Source: a virus
Direction: 5' to 3' (one strand)
IMG/VR virus record: IMGVR_UViG_3300047510_001668
Coordinates: 96,001-160,000 of that record
Length of the DNA stretch: 64,000 nucleotides
The position numbers and the translations under genes are program-made. This document shows positions 62,998 through 64,000 of the stretch, piece after piece. Position 1 is the first letter of the stretch. Each line of letters begins with the position of its first letter. A model generated the notes under the pieces. That model searched no databases. It worked only from the letters and a program-made list of their open reading frames with translations, and had not been told where the DNA came from.

Positions 62998-63436
62998 AGT
63001 ATTCTCCATAATGTTCATCATCAAGTTCAATGATTCTCAGTTCACCATTGTTCATTTCACGAATCAATTCATCAGCAGCTTCAGACCTTTCTTCCTGGTC
63101 CAGAATTTTCTTTCGTGTTTCTTTGGCTTGAGAAATGTAATTTACATATTGTTGCTTCACTTCTTTCTTCAGGTCACCGATGGTCAACACCACATCAGTG
63201 CTGATGGTGAATTCTTCACCGTCGCTCAATCCCATCCAGGGACGAAGCATGAAACTTTCTCCAATTACATGGTTGCCTTTTCTCATTTCTTTCATGGGTA
63301 CCACTTGTACTGGAACATTCAACTGAAGATGTGTTTCTGAGGCAGGAGATTTGATGTCTCTGTCCATGGAACAGAGGATGCTTTCTCCTGTTTTCAATCG
63401 AACCACTTTGAAATAACCGTCGTGTAAACTATGCAT
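62978..63436 (-). CDS. Sm-like T4-type hypothetical protein
   Basis: VVRLKTGESILC...LRPWMGLSD; position between uvsW and 55. Confidence 0.7.
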   Translation of the reverse strand: MHSLHDGYFKVVRLKTGESILCSMDRDIKSPASETHLQLNVPVQVVPMKEMRKGNHVIGESFMLRPWMGLSDGEEFTISTDVVLTIGDLKKEVKQQYVNYISQAKETRKKILDQEERSEAADELIREMNNGELRIIELDDEHYGEYYGEEEG

Positions 63437-64000
63437 GTAATGGTACAGTTAGAAGTTTGTAATCAAACCCTTCTTCATTGTAAATCTTCACACGTTCAAT
63501 TAGATGCAGTAATGTGTAATTCTTATGAGACTTCCAGGACAGATTGTCACCTATGTCGTACAATTTGCAACTCACCTTTTGTTCACCCAAACGAAGACCT
63601 CGACCAATACTTTGTAGATTTCTGATACGAGACTTGGTGGGTGAAGCAAACACAATGTTATGGAGGTTTCTAATATTTATACCTGTAGAGAATGTGCCGT
63701 ATGAGGCCAAGATGATGGCATCCGCGGATTGCTCAGTTAAGGCACGAACCTGTTCACGTTCTTCAGCTTCCACTCCTCCATGTACGAAAAACAAATCTCT
63801 TCCCTGTTCAATTTTTTCAGAAATCAAATCATACAAAGGCTCACCATGTTTTTCCACGTATTGATACAACACCAAGGTGTTGCCTTTCAATCCTGTCACA
63901 AGATTTCTGATGAATTTGTTTCTTTTGGGATGTGTCACCAACCAATCCAACTCTTCCTGATAGCTGAATTTCTTGCACAATTGCTTTTCTTCATCTGTGT
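63429..64000 (-). CDS. uvsW: UvsW helicase, C-terminal part (5' end outside the window)
   Basis: ASYGTFSTGINIRNLHN, RNLQSIGRGLR, LYDIGD. Confidence 0.95.
   Translation of the reverse strand, partial: TDEEKQLCKKFSYQEELDWLVTHPKRNKFIRNLVTGLKGNTLVLYQYVEKHGEPLYDLISEKIEQGRDLFFVHGGVEAEEREQVRALTEQSADAIILASYGTFSTGINIRNLHNIVFASPTKSRIRNLQSIGRGLRLGEQKVSCKLYDIGDNLSWKSHKNYTLLHLIERVKIYNEEGFDYKLLTVPLHA

Noticed and set aside
63674-63681. TATAAATA inside uvsW (similar internal copy at 45181-45188)
   Set aside because: Falls in conserved coding sequence (GINIRN codons); may be coincidental, so not listed as a promoter

Overview
The window is a 64-kb segment of a large T4-like (Tevenvirinae-related) myophage genome. 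Every credible gene is on the minus strand; the long plus-strand ORFs are antisense shadows. In coordinate order it contains: (1) an early region with a ParB/DGQH-like gene running off the left edge and a chain of translationally coupled microproteins (1-2.2 kb); (2) a late-promoter envelope/secreted-protein operon with a lipase, two beta-barrel-like proteins, a secreted NucA-type nuclease, CsgG-like proteins, holin-like membrane proteins and a cohesin/dockerin protein (2.3-10.6 kb); (3) an array of 29 tRNAs covering all 20 amino acids, including a rare tRNA-Ile(UAU), with two HNH endonucleases and two candidate structured ncRNAs (11.3-15.8 kb); (4) RNase H, conserved T4-like hypotheticals, thioredoxin, class II RNR, a MazG-like protein, ThyX and primase; (5) head, virion and lysis genes (GH19 endolysin, spanin-like protein, nucleotidyltransferase-bearing proteins); (6) the T4 replication core (gp41, gp40-like, UvsX, gp43, Hsp20, RegA, gp62/44/45), a SpoU methylase, a MoxR/VWA pair, ClpP, PDF and gp46/47; (7) a 7-deazaguanine DNA-modification cassette (QueE, FolE, exonuclease, DpdA-like transglycosylase, second T-fold/DpdL-like protein, glycosyltransferase, QueD; no QueC in the window), then gp55 and partial UvsW. 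TTGACA-N16/17-TAnnnT early promoters recur, six of them preceded by a 25-bp IHF-like palindrome, as do TATAAATA late promoters. The best candidates for undescribed systems are the glycosyltransferase-containing deazaguanine cassette and the CsgG/cohesin envelope operon. All family calls come from motif recognition by eye; no database search was run.
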